Shown: positions 1-9,878, numbered from the stretch's first letter. The stretch: 64,000 nt of DNA from Nitrosopumilus sp. (GCA_965197525.1 OZ240211.1:640001-704000); one strand, 5' to 3'. Program-made: numbers and translations. The notes: generated by a model from the letters alone, not told the origin.

Positions 1-1389
1 AATTATAGGTGCAAAGACAGGATTGCCAGAGTATAGAGACACAAATACTGCGATGACGCCATAAACCCCAAAAAATATCTCTAAAAGAGTTGTTTTGGTA
101 AATGGGAGATTGTATGCTTTGTTCTTCCAATCATCATGCTTTGTAATGATTCCATACTTTGGCGTTCTAAGAAATTCATTCTTTTGACCGACTACTGCAT
201 CAAAGACTGCAACAGTATTGTTAACTGACATGCCAGCATTATAAACCAGTAATGCAGGCAACAAAGCCACTTTTGATTTCCATGATTTTTGATACATAGT
301 TTGTATGATAAAGATATACGCACCCGGACCCATTGCTAGATAGATGGCAATTGTTAGCAGAGGAAGGAAGCTAATCACATACAAATTGACGTTTCCTGCC
401 AGTAGTATAGGCAATGTCAAGAACTGTATCAACATTAATGGATAAACGATATGACGTGTCAGTTGTATAAAGGCCTGAATCTTGGCTTCCGCGCCAACTG
501 TGCGTTTGACGATGATATCAGTAAGTAACTTTAATGCACATTGAATAGAACCTTTTGCCCAACGAAATTGTTGTCGTTTGGCGGCATTCATTTGAGCAGG
601 TAGTTCTGCATTAACTACAATGTCTTCAAGAAATACACATTTCCAACCTTTCATCTGTGCCCTGTAACTTAGATCGAGATCTTCAACTAGTGTTGCAATA
701 TGCCAACCGCCAGCATCTTCAACACAATTGCGTCTCCAGATTCCTGCTGTGCCGTTAAAATTCATAAACAGATTGGAATTGCTTTTTGCTTTCTGTTCTA
801 TTAGAAAATGAAAATCAAGACTTAGGGCCTGTACTTGAGTGATTGTAGAATAATTTTCATTGACATGACCCCAGCGACATTGAACCAATCCAATCAAGGG
901 ATTTGAAAAATGAGGAATTGCACGTTTGAGAAACCATTGAGGAGGTATAAAATCAGCATCAAATATTGCGACAAGGTCAGTATCTGTTGTCTTCATTGCG
1001 TGTTTTAATGCACCTGCCTTGTATCCTTTTCTTGTCCCACGTCTTACATGTTCAATTTGAAAACCTTGTTTTTTGTAGTTATCAACTAGATCACTAAGTA
1101 ATTTTACTGTATCGTCATCAGAGTCATCACATACCATTATTCTCATCTTATTTTTTGGATAATCTAAATTACACACAGCATCAACTAGTCTCTTTGCAAC
1201 GTATTTTTCGTTGTATATTGGCAGTTGAATTGTAATGGTAGGAGTCCCCCAATCAATGGTGGGATGAAGATCTTTACGTTTCAGAGAGAGAAATGCAAGA
1301 TAGTAGAAATTACAAGTATATGCAGTGATTAAGATTGCAGATACAATAAACAGATCAAAGACCAATTGGGTAAAAGGATTGCCTGCCAC
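1..1389 (-). CDS. Family 2 glycosyltransferase (cellulose-synthase-like, membrane); 3' end runs off the window
   Basis: Manual translation of the minus strand from GTG at 1389: VAGNPFTQLVFDLF...TIQLPIYNEKYVAKRLVDAVCNLDYP...DDSDD, later GYKAGAL, FDADF and RWAKG motifs. Absent from the ORF track because no stop lies in the window. Confidence 0.85.
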   Translation of the reverse strand, partial: MAGNPFTQLVFDLFIVSAILITAYTCNFYYLAFLSLKRKDLHPTIDWGTPTITIQLPIYNEKYVAKRLVDAVCNLDYPKNKMRIMVCDDSDDDTVKLLSDLVDNYKKQGFQIEHVRRGTRKGYKAGALKHAMKTTDTDLVAIFDADFIPPQWFLKRAIPHFSNPLIGLVQCRWGHVNENYSTITQVQALSLDFHFLIEQKAKSNSNLFMNFNGTAGIWRRNCVEDAGGWHIATLVEDLDLSYRAQMKGWKCVFLEDIVVNAELPAQMNAAKRQQFRWAKGSIQCALKLLTDIIVKRTVGAEAKIQAFIQLTRHIVYPLMLIQFLTLPILLAGNVNLYVISFLPLLTIAIYLAMGPGAYIFIIQTMYQKSWKSKVALLPALLVYNAGMSVNNTVAVFDAVVGQKNEFLRTPKYGIITKHDDWKNKAYNLPFTKTTLLEIFFGVYGVIAVFVSLYSGNPVFAPII

Positions 1390-1469
1390 AATCTGACAGT
1401 AGTTAGTTGCTATTTATAATTGAAACAGACATGATGTTGATATTGTTATTGTAGTTGTTGCTGTTGCTG

Positions 1470-2423
1470 TTACTTTTGTTCAAATATTTTTATGGCCTGG
1501 GGAGGACAAACACCCTCACACGCAAGACAGAATATACAATCAGGTTCCTTTGACATGAGTGGTTTCTTATCAGAACCAGGATTTCCAGGGGTATCAAACC
1601 ATTCATAGACGTCAACAGGGCAGGCTTCAAGACATCCGCCATCAGCTATACAAATATCATAATCAACAGATACAAACTCTCCCCATACGCCCATTATGCC
1701 GTTGTTAGTACCTTTACGTCCCCAAGTCTTTATGGTATGTTCTGGTGCATCATATGAAGAAGATGATTTCAGTTTTGATTTGTAATCAACATCTATTGGA
1801 CCAGATTTTGCGCCATCAGGTATCTCTAGTGCGTCGCCTTCATCTTCAGCATCCTCATCGTCGGTAGCCTCGATTGGTTTTGGTTTTGCACCAAGAACTA
1901 TCTTAGCTAGAGGCGTGAGTTCTTCTAATCTTTGAATAGCTGCAACTTCGGATATCTTTTCTGACTTTACCAAGTATGATATCATCTTGTCGGCAAGTAT
2001 AGTGTTGCGTAAAATAGTGTCAATTGCCATCTTTGCAAAGTGATCAGCCTTTTTCCTATAATCTTTAACCCAGTTTGGATCACCAAATTTTTCTATTGGG
2101 AATATTTGATATATAATATCAACAACTTCGCCAGTCACAACCTCAACTGTTACTGACAAATCAACCTTCTCGTATCCTTTAGCATCAGGATCATGCATAT
2201 TCTCTTCCTTCCAACTATACGTAGCAAAGATTCTATCAGCATACATGTCCATCTCAAATGCCTTTTTGAGACCGTCATGGACTGAACGTATCTCCAATGG
2301 ATCTTCTAGCTTGACTGGTAATCGATACAATCCTAGTTTGAATCCATGCAATGGATATACGCCACGTTTTGCAGTAGGTGCCTCCATTGACCAAACTCGG
2401 TCTTTGAGTAGTAGGGACATCAC
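1470..2423 (-). CDS. Ferredoxin-domain protein with C-terminal Zn-ferredoxin-like 2x[Fe-S] domain
   Basis: C-terminal CIADGGCLEACP and CIFCLACEGVCP motifs, similar to archaeal zinc-containing ferredoxins; long N-terminal extension. Confidence 0.8.
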   Translation of the reverse strand: MMSLLLKDRVWSMEAPTAKRGVYPLHGFKLGLYRLPVKLEDPLEIRSVHDGLKKAFEMDMYADRIFATYSWKEENMHDPDAKGYEKVDLSVTVEVVTGEVVDIIYQIFPIEKFGDPNWVKDYRKKADHFAKMAIDTILRNTILADKMISYLVKSEKISEVAAIQRLEELTPLAKIVLGAKPKPIEATDDEDAEDEGDALEIPDGAKSGPIDVDYKSKLKSSSSYDAPEHTIKTWGRKGTNNGIMGVWGEFVSVDYDICIADGGCLEACPVDVYEWFDTPGNPGSDKKPLMSKEPDCIFCLACEGVCPPQAIKIFEQK

Positions 2424-2463
2424 TAGTATTAGTTTGTTTTTATTTAAAAACGTTGTCAGGGAT

Positions 2464-3751
2464 GGTTCTGTGAAGTTATCGAGGGTTATCTGTTAATCCC
2501 TAAATTGTATAAACCTCTAAACCGTAAGATATTCGTTGAAAGCGATAAAGTCATTATCACAGAAATATACGCCGAACTCTGATCTAATGGATATGATGGC
2601 TATATTCACAAAGATGGTCAATCATTGCATCAAGACAGGATTGAAAGAAGACACTCACAATATGAAGAGGTTGTCCATGTTATGTTATCATGAATTACGT
2701 AATTATGACATCCTGTCTTCATACAAACTAAATGCAATATCACGAGCTGCAGGCATGTTATCAAACAGAAAACAATCAATCAAACGAGGTGTCAGAATAA
2801 GAGACCCAATAGTCAAAAATCCCTTTATGACAAACTGTTACGGTATACAACACAGCGGTGCACTATTAACAATCCCATACAAGAAACATAACCCAATCAA
2901 CATTTTACTCAACGTTCACACCCAAAAAATCCTATCTGATCCCGCCTTGACGGTGCGTTCGTTTTCATTGACTGCTCTGAACATCAGTCTTTGTGTTTCA
3001 AAAACAGTACAAGAGATAGAGTGCACCAATCAAGTGGGAATAGACAGAAACCTAAGAAATGTGACGTGTGGGAACAAGCAAGAGGTGACAGTCTACAAGA
3101 CAAACAAACTGTTATCCATAAAGGAGAACACAATACACGCCAGGGCAGGCTTCCACAGAAATGATCGCAGAAAGAAAGGTCAATTCTGGAAACAAAGACA
3201 GAGACGAATGAGCAATAGAACAAAGCAGTACATCCACAGAATCTCAAAGGATATAGTAGACAACGCAGTCAAAAACAAGACTGCAATCGTCATGGAAAAC
3301 CTGAAAGGAATAAGAAAATTGTACCGAAAAGGAAACAGTCAAGGTAACAAGTACAGGCGTAGATTGAACGGGTGGCAATTCTACGAGTTACAACGCCAAA
3401 TAGAATACAAAGCCCAATGGGTCGGGTTGCCTCCAGTCGAGACAGTAGACCCAAGAAACACGAGCACGCAGTGTCCGCAATGCGGAAAGAGACTCCAAGA
3501 GGACATGCAACAACATCGTAAAATGTCGTGTAATAATTGCGGTTTGTTTATGGACAGGGATATTATCGCTGCCATGAACATATCACGCAAGCTGCCCCCT
3601 AGGTTTAGGGGTAGTAGAGATGACATAGATGAAGCGCAGTCCGGCACTTTTGAGCAGGCGATGACGGAACCCGGCACACCATTGGTAATCCGAATAGTCG
3701 ATATGTCAAAGTCAAGTTATAGGGGTTAACCCTCGATAACTTCACAGAACC
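2464..3751 (+). mobile_element. TnpB-only element with IS6-like terminal inverted repeats, copy 1 (1288 bp, no target duplication)
   Basis: Perfect 25-bp TIR GGTTCTGTGAAGTTATCGAGGGTTA (2464-2488) / TAACCCTCGATAACTTCACAGAACC (3727-3751). Flanks TCAGGGAT and GGGAATAG differ. Near-identical to copies at 37226 and 46452. Confidence 0.9.
2536..3729 (+). CDS. tnpB: TnpB RNA-guided nuclease (copy 1)
   Basis: RuvC-I GIDRN, RuvC-II IVMENL, zinc finger CPQCG...CNNCG, RuvC-III DRDIIAAMNI all intact; TTG start 22 nt downstream of TATAAA. Confidence 0.95.
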   Translation: MKAIKSLSQKYTPNSDLMDMMAIFTKMVNHCIKTGLKEDTHNMKRLSMLCYHELRNYDILSSYKLNAISRAAGMLSNRKQSIKRGVRIRDPIVKNPFMTNCYGIQHSGALLTIPYKKHNPINILLNVHTQKILSDPALTVRSFSLTALNISLCVSKTVQEIECTNQVGIDRNLRNVTCGNKQEVTVYKTNKLLSIKENTIHARAGFHRNDRRKKGQFWKQRQRRMSNRTKQYIHRISKDIVDNAVKNKTAIVMENLKGIRKLYRKGNSQGNKYRRRLNGWQFYELQRQIEYKAQWVGLPPVETVDPRNTSTQCPQCGKRLQEDMQQHRKMSCNNCGLFMDRDIIAAMNISRKLPPRFRGSRDDIDEAQSGTFEQAMTEPGTPLVIRIVDMSKSSYRG

Positions 3752-3984
3752 GGGAATAGAGATGTCATAATTAACCGTATAAAATAATCGGCATGCCTAA
3801 AGAAAGACAAGTCTACAATCTGATTATAACAGGCATAAAATACAAAAGGCGAGTATACCATATTTGAACCACATTAATCTAAATAACGTATGTGTCACCA
3901 CGCACAAGTTGAATATTTTATTGTATCATACGTACAAGCTACGAAAATATCATTTTTATGTAAATAAGTCCTGAGAAGAACAAG

Positions 3985-4803
3985 TTGAGACTACAAAAAG
4001 TTGCAATAGTAAGCAAGGTCGGTTCAAAGGACTCAGAACAAGCTGCCAAGAGTATTGCAAAAAAATTGCTAGCAAAAAAATCCCAAGTATTTACAATCTC
4101 GCCAATAGAGGTGGAAGGAGCGCACCAGATGGAAACGCTTGATGAGTTAAAGAAAGAGAAAAGACTTGATCTAGTCATTACTTTGGGAGGTGATGGAACA
4201 ACCTTGCGTGTTTTCAGATATTTAGAAAACGAGACGCCCATTCTAACAATCAACGTAGGAGGAAATAGAGGAATATTATCAGAGATCACAATGGATGAGA
4301 TTGATAATGCAATAGATCAAATTATAAAGAATAATTTTTTCCTAGATAAAAGAACACGAGTTGTAGTATCTTCAGGAGGAAAAGAATTCCCACCTGCATT
4401 AAATGAGATATACATTACAAGAACAAATTTGACACGAACAGCAGAGATAAAGATAAAATTTCAAAATGATGTTGTAAAACAAAAGATGGACGGAGTAATC
4501 ATTGCTACACCTAGTGGTTCTACAGGACATTCTTTTTCACTTGGCGGGCCAATTTTGCACGAAAGTTTGGATGTACTAATTATTACACCTGTTGCACCAG
4601 TGTATAGATTGGCATCATTGATTGTTCCGGACGAAAAGATAGAGATAACATGTTCCCATGATTGCAATATTGCAATGGATGCACAGGTTGTTAAATCGGT
4701 GGGATACGAAGAACCGATAACTATTAGAAAATACAAGAAACAAGCAGTCTTTATAAGATTGAAGAAACGTGGGCTAAGACAGATGAGCAAGCTTGGATTT
4801 TAA
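3985..4803 (+). CDS. nadK: NAD kinase
   Basis: GGDGT, NE and TPSGSTGHSFSLGGP motifs. Confidence 0.95.
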   Translation: MRLQKVAIVSKVGSKDSEQAAKSIAKKLLAKKSQVFTISPIEVEGAHQMETLDELKKEKRLDLVITLGGDGTTLRVFRYLENETPILTINVGGNRGILSEITMDEIDNAIDQIIKNNFFLDKRTRVVVSSGGKEFPPALNEIYITRTNLTRTAEIKIKFQNDVVKQKMDGVIIATPSGSTGHSFSLGGPILHESLDVLIITPVAPVYRLASLIVPDEKIEITCSHDCNIAMDAQVVKSVGYEEPITIRKYKKQAVFIRLKKRGLRQMSKLGF

Positions 4804-5314
4804 GATACTAGATGCTAGTGCATTTTATGCAGGAGTGCCGTTTAGATCATCGGACAGATATTATACCACGACCTTGGTGTATAACGAGATCAAACATATA
4901 AAAAAAAATCATGATGCGCTAGGAGCATTACTTGATACTGGTAAATTAGAAATCAGAGAACCTAGTGTGCAATCAATGGATAATGCAATAGAAATATCAA
5001 AAAAGACTGGGGATTACCCACAGCTATCAAAACAAGATATCTCAATTATAGCACTAGGGATGGAGACAAAAGGAGATGTAATTAGTGATGATTTTGCAAT
5101 CTCAAATGTGATAAAGAATGCAGGATTAAAGGTGTCATGTATCATGACCGGCGGTATAAGGGACGTAGGACGATGGATACACTACTGTCCAGGATGCAAA
5201 ACTAGTCAAAGTATAAAGACTACAGAGAACTGTCACCTCTGCCTAGTGTGCAATACACCATTAAAAAGAAAACTAATCAAGAGAAGATCGCTTCCCGCTC
5301 AGCCATACAAATGA
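4793..5314 (+). CDS. nob1: Nob1-like PIN endonuclease with Zn ribbon
   Basis: ILDASAF, LSKQDISIIAL, SDDFAISN, C-terminal CPGC...CLVC. Confidence 0.85.
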   Translation: MDFKILDASAFYAGVPFRSSDRYYTTTLVYNEIKHIKKNHDALGALLDTGKLEIREPSVQSMDNAIEISKKTGDYPQLSKQDISIIALGMETKGDVISDDFAISNVIKNAGLKVSCIMTGGIRDVGRWIHYCPGCKTSQSIKTTENCHLCLVCNTPLKRKLIKRRSLPAQPYK

Positions 5315-5729
5315 ACCATCGTCATCATCGTCATCAAAGTCCAATATTGTGAAAACCGGCAAGGCTGTAGAAAGATGTAATGCTCTATGCCCATGCATGC
5401 AATAACACGCATCTGTAGTTTGAGACACGAATCTTGGTACAATACATATCTGCATAAAGAATGTGTTACAATGAGGGAATGAAGAGATTAAACAAGGTCA
5501 TATTTGGTACGATCGCGTTTTTTGTAGGCGCAGTATTAGCACACATATGAGATTCCCAGCCAGCACTCTCAGCTGCCAGAGATCTATTTTTATTCCCTGC
5601 CGTTTCAGGCATGATAGTTGGTGGTATAGTGTCACTCAAAGCAGTATTTACAGAGACAAATGCATAGGTGTTTGTTTGTTTTTTTTTTTGTGCCGTGCTA
5701 TTTCATTATCATTATCATCGTCATCATCA

Positions 5730-6416
5730 TCATAACTCGTTCAGAGTCTTTTGATTTGTTGTCTTTAGTAACTTACTCTTAGAATTAAGAGTTTTTTTGA
5801 TCTTTTTGGCTCTAGCACTCCCCAAGCCCTCAACTTTTATCAATTCTGAGACAGTTGCACTAAAAACACTAGAGGGTGTTCCAAATTTTGCAAGCATTCT
5901 AACTGCAAATTTTTCTCCGACTCCAGGCAGACTACAAAGAATGGATAGCTGCTGTTTTTCCAAGTCAGATGATTTTTTGATCTTTTTGAGATACGGTCCT
6001 TTTGAAGAATCTTTGCGCGAACACATACACATCAATAGCTTGGCAGTATGTGTAGCACTAGATGTAGGAATCACCGGAATTTTAAAATCAAGAGCTATGT
6101 TAGACAGAGCACCATAAAATACCAGAGGATTCTCTGCAATCTCTTCTACCTCATCGATATTACCCTCTAGTAGAATGATCGGGTGTGCAAAGTGCTCTTT
6201 TAATCTGGAGCATTGATCGTATAGTCTGCCATCAAATAACGAGGATAAGAGATCACGAATGCTCTTTCTTTCGACAACAGTTTCAGGTCCAACAATATAA
6301 TCGCCTATTGGAAGCGTCTTTACCTCCACGTTTAGGTCAAGCGAACGGAGAAAGTCAGGTATGCCACTCTTGCGTTCTCGCTCATCGGCAATAATTCTAA
6401 GATCTGCTAATTTCAC
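5730..6416 (-). CDS. xpf: ERCC4/XPF-type structure-specific endonuclease (short form) with HhH motifs
   Basis: GDYIV...VERKSIRDL ERCC4 motif; LPGVGEK and VEGLGSARA HhH. Confidence 0.9.
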   Translation of the reverse strand: MKLADLRIIADERERKSGIPDFLRSLDLNVEVKTLPIGDYIVGPETVVERKSIRDLLSSLFDGRLYDQCSRLKEHFAHPIILLEGNIDEVEEIAENPLVFYGALSNIALDFKIPVIPTSSATHTAKLLMCMCSRKDSSKGPYLKKIKKSSDLEKQQLSILCSLPGVGEKFAVRMLAKFGTPSSVFSATVSELIKVEGLGSARAKKIKKTLNSKSKLLKTTNQKTLNEL

Positions 6417-6461
6417 AAGGTTACTTGTAATGAATTGTTAATATCTTGTATGAAATAAAGA

Positions 6462-6971
6462 TTATTTCCTAGGATTGTCGTTAGGAGGTGACGATGCAGA
6501 GCTGGAACCCAAGTTTGGTGAAGATGGATTAGAAGAACCAGTACTGTTTGGATTATTGTTATTGTTATTATTGTCGCTAGCGCCAGCAGCATTGCCACTA
6601 CTATTACTGCTACTACCACCACTACCACTCTTCATCATTGTAGTTATCTTGGCTTCTTGTTCTTTGAGTGATTCTTTGAGACGGGTCTCTTGTTTTGTGA
6701 GAACCAAGACACGTGTTTTGCCCAGTTCTAACTTCTCTTCTAACTCGTCAATCAACTCTTGCTTTTTTGATTTTATCAACACCAGACCAGTCTGTTTAAA
6801 CACAGAATCGCCATCCGGGACTTTCTTTAATTCTTCAAGTGCTTTCTCTGTTTCAGCTTTTTCAATTTCAAGATGCTGTTTTTGACTCATAACTGCCTGA
6901 AGGTTCTGCTCAGATTGTTGCATTTTCATAATTTGCTCTTGTAGCCATGGTGGCATCTGTCCTGCTGACAT
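6462..6971 (-). CDS. pfdB: Prefoldin beta subunit with long Ser/Asn/Gly/Pro low-complexity C-terminal tail
   Basis: Coiled coil with VFKQTGLVLIK hairpin; about 50-aa low-complexity extension. Confidence 0.9.
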   Translation of the reverse strand: MSAGQMPPWLQEQIMKMQQSEQNLQAVMSQKQHLEIEKAETEKALEELKKVPDGDSVFKQTGLVLIKSKKQELIDELEEKLELGKTRVLVLTKQETRLKESLKEQEAKITTMMKSGSGGSSSNSSGNAAGASDNNNNNNNPNSTGSSNPSSPNLGSSSASSPPNDNPRK

Positions 6972-7421
6972 GTATAATCATAAAATCTATGTCATTATAT
7001 CTTTAACGATAACACAGACTTTCACACTAATTAGTTGTATATGATTTTTCCTTCTGTTTTGTTATTCGATGTCCGAAAAGTAGTATACCATCACCGTATA
7101 TCGTAGGAGGAACGTGTCATGACTGATCTCCTACAAGAGATCCAATAACCCTATTATCCTGATTGCAGAATAGAAGAAGCACAACCATATGATCAACTCC
7201 GCAAGGGTACTAGTAGAGCATTCTATCGGAAGGATCAATCGTACGCACACCTGACAGATCCGTATGAAGATATCTAGGCGAATTCAGCAAGGAGTTCAAC
7301 GTGATCACAAGATTGGCAAACCTGCACTTGTTCTGGAATAAGATCGACAGGAGTCCGCCGCCATCCGGTAGATGGAGACGAGGATTGAATGAAACTGAAC
7401 CACCGCCTTCAACAGCGGCTT

Positions 7422-7766
7422 TCATTTTCTCTTAAATCTTTCAAAAACATGCTTGTCCTCGTCCAACCAAGCTAAGACGCTGTGAACGAATATTGCAAAC
7501 AATGTCCAAACCACTACAGTTCCAACAAAACCTATGATTACTGCAGTGTATTCAATAAATTCGGTTACGGGTTCCATCCTGCCCCCCATTAGCACAGAAG
7601 TCGAAACAACAAAAATGAGAAATGTTTCAGGGCCCCCGCGCAGTATGCTGGAAAATCCTAACAGAGCAAACAGCGCAGACAGTAGTCCATAGGATACAAA
7701 CCCAAGCACAAATAGCAGCTTTGACCGGCCCAAAATTTTTACAAATACTGTCAACCGTACTATCAT
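7422..7766 (-). CDS. Hypothetical small membrane protein
   Basis: 114-aa ORF with about 3 hydrophobic segments; no family recognised. Confidence 0.45.
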   Translation of the reverse strand: MIVRLTVFVKILGRSKLLFVLGFVSYGLLSALFALLGFSSILRGGPETFLIFVVSTSVLMGGRMEPVTEFIEYTAVIIGFVGTVVVWTLFAIFVHSVLAWLDEDKHVFERFKRK

Positions 7767-8115
7767 TTATCTTGTATGAAAAGTTATTCATCTCCTGTCC
7801 AATAGAGCAAAACAGTTGAGAAACCACGCCGGGAGGTCAAAAAATACTCCGAGTTTGTTTTGGAGATCATAGAGACTTATAATTTATGGTGCAATATCAG
7901 ACTCACATCAATATTTTTATAAAAAAAATCAACGGTCTGACGTTTCTCAAATTTGTCAAAAAACTATTGGAACTATGTGAATCGACCCATGAAATAATAC
8001 GCAAAAAACTTGTTTGTTAAATACATTTTCAACTTCTGATGTAGTATATAATGTTTAGTTCAATTCAAATTGAAGTAATGGTTATCAATGGTGTGTTTAG
8101 AATACATATAACAAC

Positions 8116-8931
8116 ATGAAAAACATAACAAAAACGACAAAGACGTTATTGTTTGCATCTTTGATCGTTACAATGATCCTGACATTCAACATGGTTGGGA
8201 ACGCGCAGGCGACATATAATGTGCAAAACGTAGAAAACAACAATGAAAAGTATGACTTTCTGGCCAAAGCGACATCAGAAACAGGTACATGGGAAGAACA
8301 AATGATCAACGGCGAACACATCGAACTGTGGAAATACATCGTGGTAGAACACAACGATCAAACCAAACATGTAGTCTTGAATATATTGGTGTACGACAAG
8401 CATGGCAACGAAGTTGGAGATTACGACATAGAGTTCAAGACCAAGTACGATTCTGCGACGGATACGTACGATGTCTACAACACATTACTGGATGAGACGA
8501 AAAAAATAAGCAGGGAAGGCAACGACAACTCATTGCAGACAAACGGACATACCGAAATTGGTTCCCAAATACAACCAGATGGCATAGTGGTAGCAAACCC
8601 TTATAGCATTCAGGTAGTTAACAGCTGGACAAATTTTATCGTAAGTCCTGACAATGAATTTGGTAGTGACAGCTATTCCCAATGTGGGGATAGTTGGTAT
8701 GTAGATTTCACATCCAATGGTTCGTCAGGGTTGAGAGAGTACTCGTTCTCAGGACAGTACTATTATCTTGGCTGGTGCATATTTCCGAACAATTTTGAAC
8801 GAGCTTACGTCAAGGCTTGGCAAGGTGACTGGCAAGAAACCGATGCATACAATTTCCACATCGGAACACATTCCGAGCATGACATCGACATGTCAGATCC
8901 GCTTACACTACAAGTAGTATGGTACTATTGA
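8116..8931 (+). CDS. Secreted hypothetical protein
   Basis: Signal peptide MKNITKTTKTLLFASLIVTMILTFNMVGNAQA of a type common on thaumarchaeal exported proteins; acidic beta-rich body. Confidence 0.7.
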   Translation: MKNITKTTKTLLFASLIVTMILTFNMVGNAQATYNVQNVENNNEKYDFLAKATSETGTWEEQMINGEHIELWKYIVVEHNDQTKHVVLNILVYDKHGNEVGDYDIEFKTKYDSATDTYDVYNTLLDETKKISREGNDNSLQTNGHTEIGSQIQPDGIVVANPYSIQVVNSWTNFIVSPDNEFGSDSYSQCGDSWYVDFTSNGSSGLREYSFSGQYYYLGWCIFPNNFERAYVKAWQGDWQETDAYNFHIGTHSEHDIDMSDPLTLQVVWYY

Positions 8932-8996
8932 CATCATAAATGCAATTCCCAATTCTTATATTTTTTTATACTGTTCAAGTTGACATCTGATCTAAC

Positions 8997-9389
8997 ATGA
9001 ACAAAGTTCTTCTACCAATCATAATCGGTATCGGATTGTCAATTCCGTTTGTTACAGGCTATTTGAGTTCCGAAAATTCCACCACCAACATCGATTCCAG
9101 AATTTTAGAATTTTACGAAGAGTTCGTGTTACAGTCAAATGCTGTCGTACATTCAGTCGACTTGATGTATGACGACATTCCATATATTGTACTAATATTC
9201 GACAGGACCCACGCCGGACATGTGGTTATGAACGATCCGCTTCTTTTGTTTCAGGAATTGTTTCCAGATGAGAACGTGACGATGCTGGTAGTGCTTGCGG
9301 ATGGAAAAGAGATACCGTATGATACGGAAAACAATCTACTGCGATTCAACTTTAGTAACACGGAAATCGTGGTGATAGGAGGTAAATAG
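8997..9389 (+). CDS. Hypothetical membrane-anchored protein
   Basis: 130 aa, N-terminal hydrophobic helix, follows the secreted protein on the same strand. Confidence 0.6.
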   Translation: MNKVLLPIIIGIGLSIPFVTGYLSSENSTTNIDSRILEFYEEFVLQSNAVVHSVDLMYDDIPYIVLIFDRTHAGHVVMNDPLLLFQELFPDENVTMLVVLADGKEIPYDTENNLLRFNFSNTEIVVIGGK

Positions 9390-9514
9390 TTTACGCTGTT
9401 CCAAACTCAGGACATTTGTCACTAGTGTTCAATTAGGGACAACACTATGGTCTGTTTTACACTGTTCAAAATTTGGGATACTTCCGGTTACTGTTCAATT
9501 GGAGATATAGATTA

Positions 9515-9566
9515 TAGAGATTATGGGTAATTGATTATGCATAATCTAGATTACCCATAATCTCTA
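9515..9566. repeat. 52-bp near-perfect palindrome between convergent genes
   Basis: TAGAGATTATGGGTAAT (9515-9531) / ATTACCCATAATCTCTA (9550-9566) perfect 17-bp arms enclosing the palindrome GATTATGCATAATC. Confidence 0.85.
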
Positions 9567-9608
9567 ATAACAAAAACAGCATATCATCACGCCAAAGTAC
9601 AAGCTTGG

Positions 9609-9878
9609 CTATCGATGATCTTTTGCACTAGTTGTTGTTGATTCAATGGAATCATAACTTGCTTGTACAAGTCTGAGTGTAGAGTTCAAATTGGCTCGCA
9701 GATGTGCCAGATTATCTGATTCTACTGAAATGACAATATCTTGATCTTCTTTAAATTGTATAATGGTTTTTACTGGATTTTCAGGATAAAATTCATTGTC
9801 AATATTAACAGAATTGTATATTGCACGTGAACGATCTTTGGCATCAATTGTTATTTTTGCACTATAATTTGACGTCAT
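9609..9878 (-). CDS. pcc1: KEOPS complex subunit Pcc1
   Basis: Size, ISVESDNLAHLRANLNSTLRLV motif, position after rpl37ae. Confidence 0.8.
   Translation of the reverse strand: MTSNYSAKITIDAKDRSRAIYNSVNIDNEFYPENPVKTIIQFKEDQDIVISVESDNLAHLRANLNSTLRLVQASYDSIESTTTSAKDHR

Noticed and set aside
7130-7420. Possible transposase remnant (RYLGEFSKEFN...)
   Set aside because: Similarity is too short to assign a family without a profile search.
7824-7835. CGCCGGGAGG match to the tRNA-Ser 3' end as an att site
   Set aside because: Only 10 bp, 28 kb away, no integrase; expected by chance.
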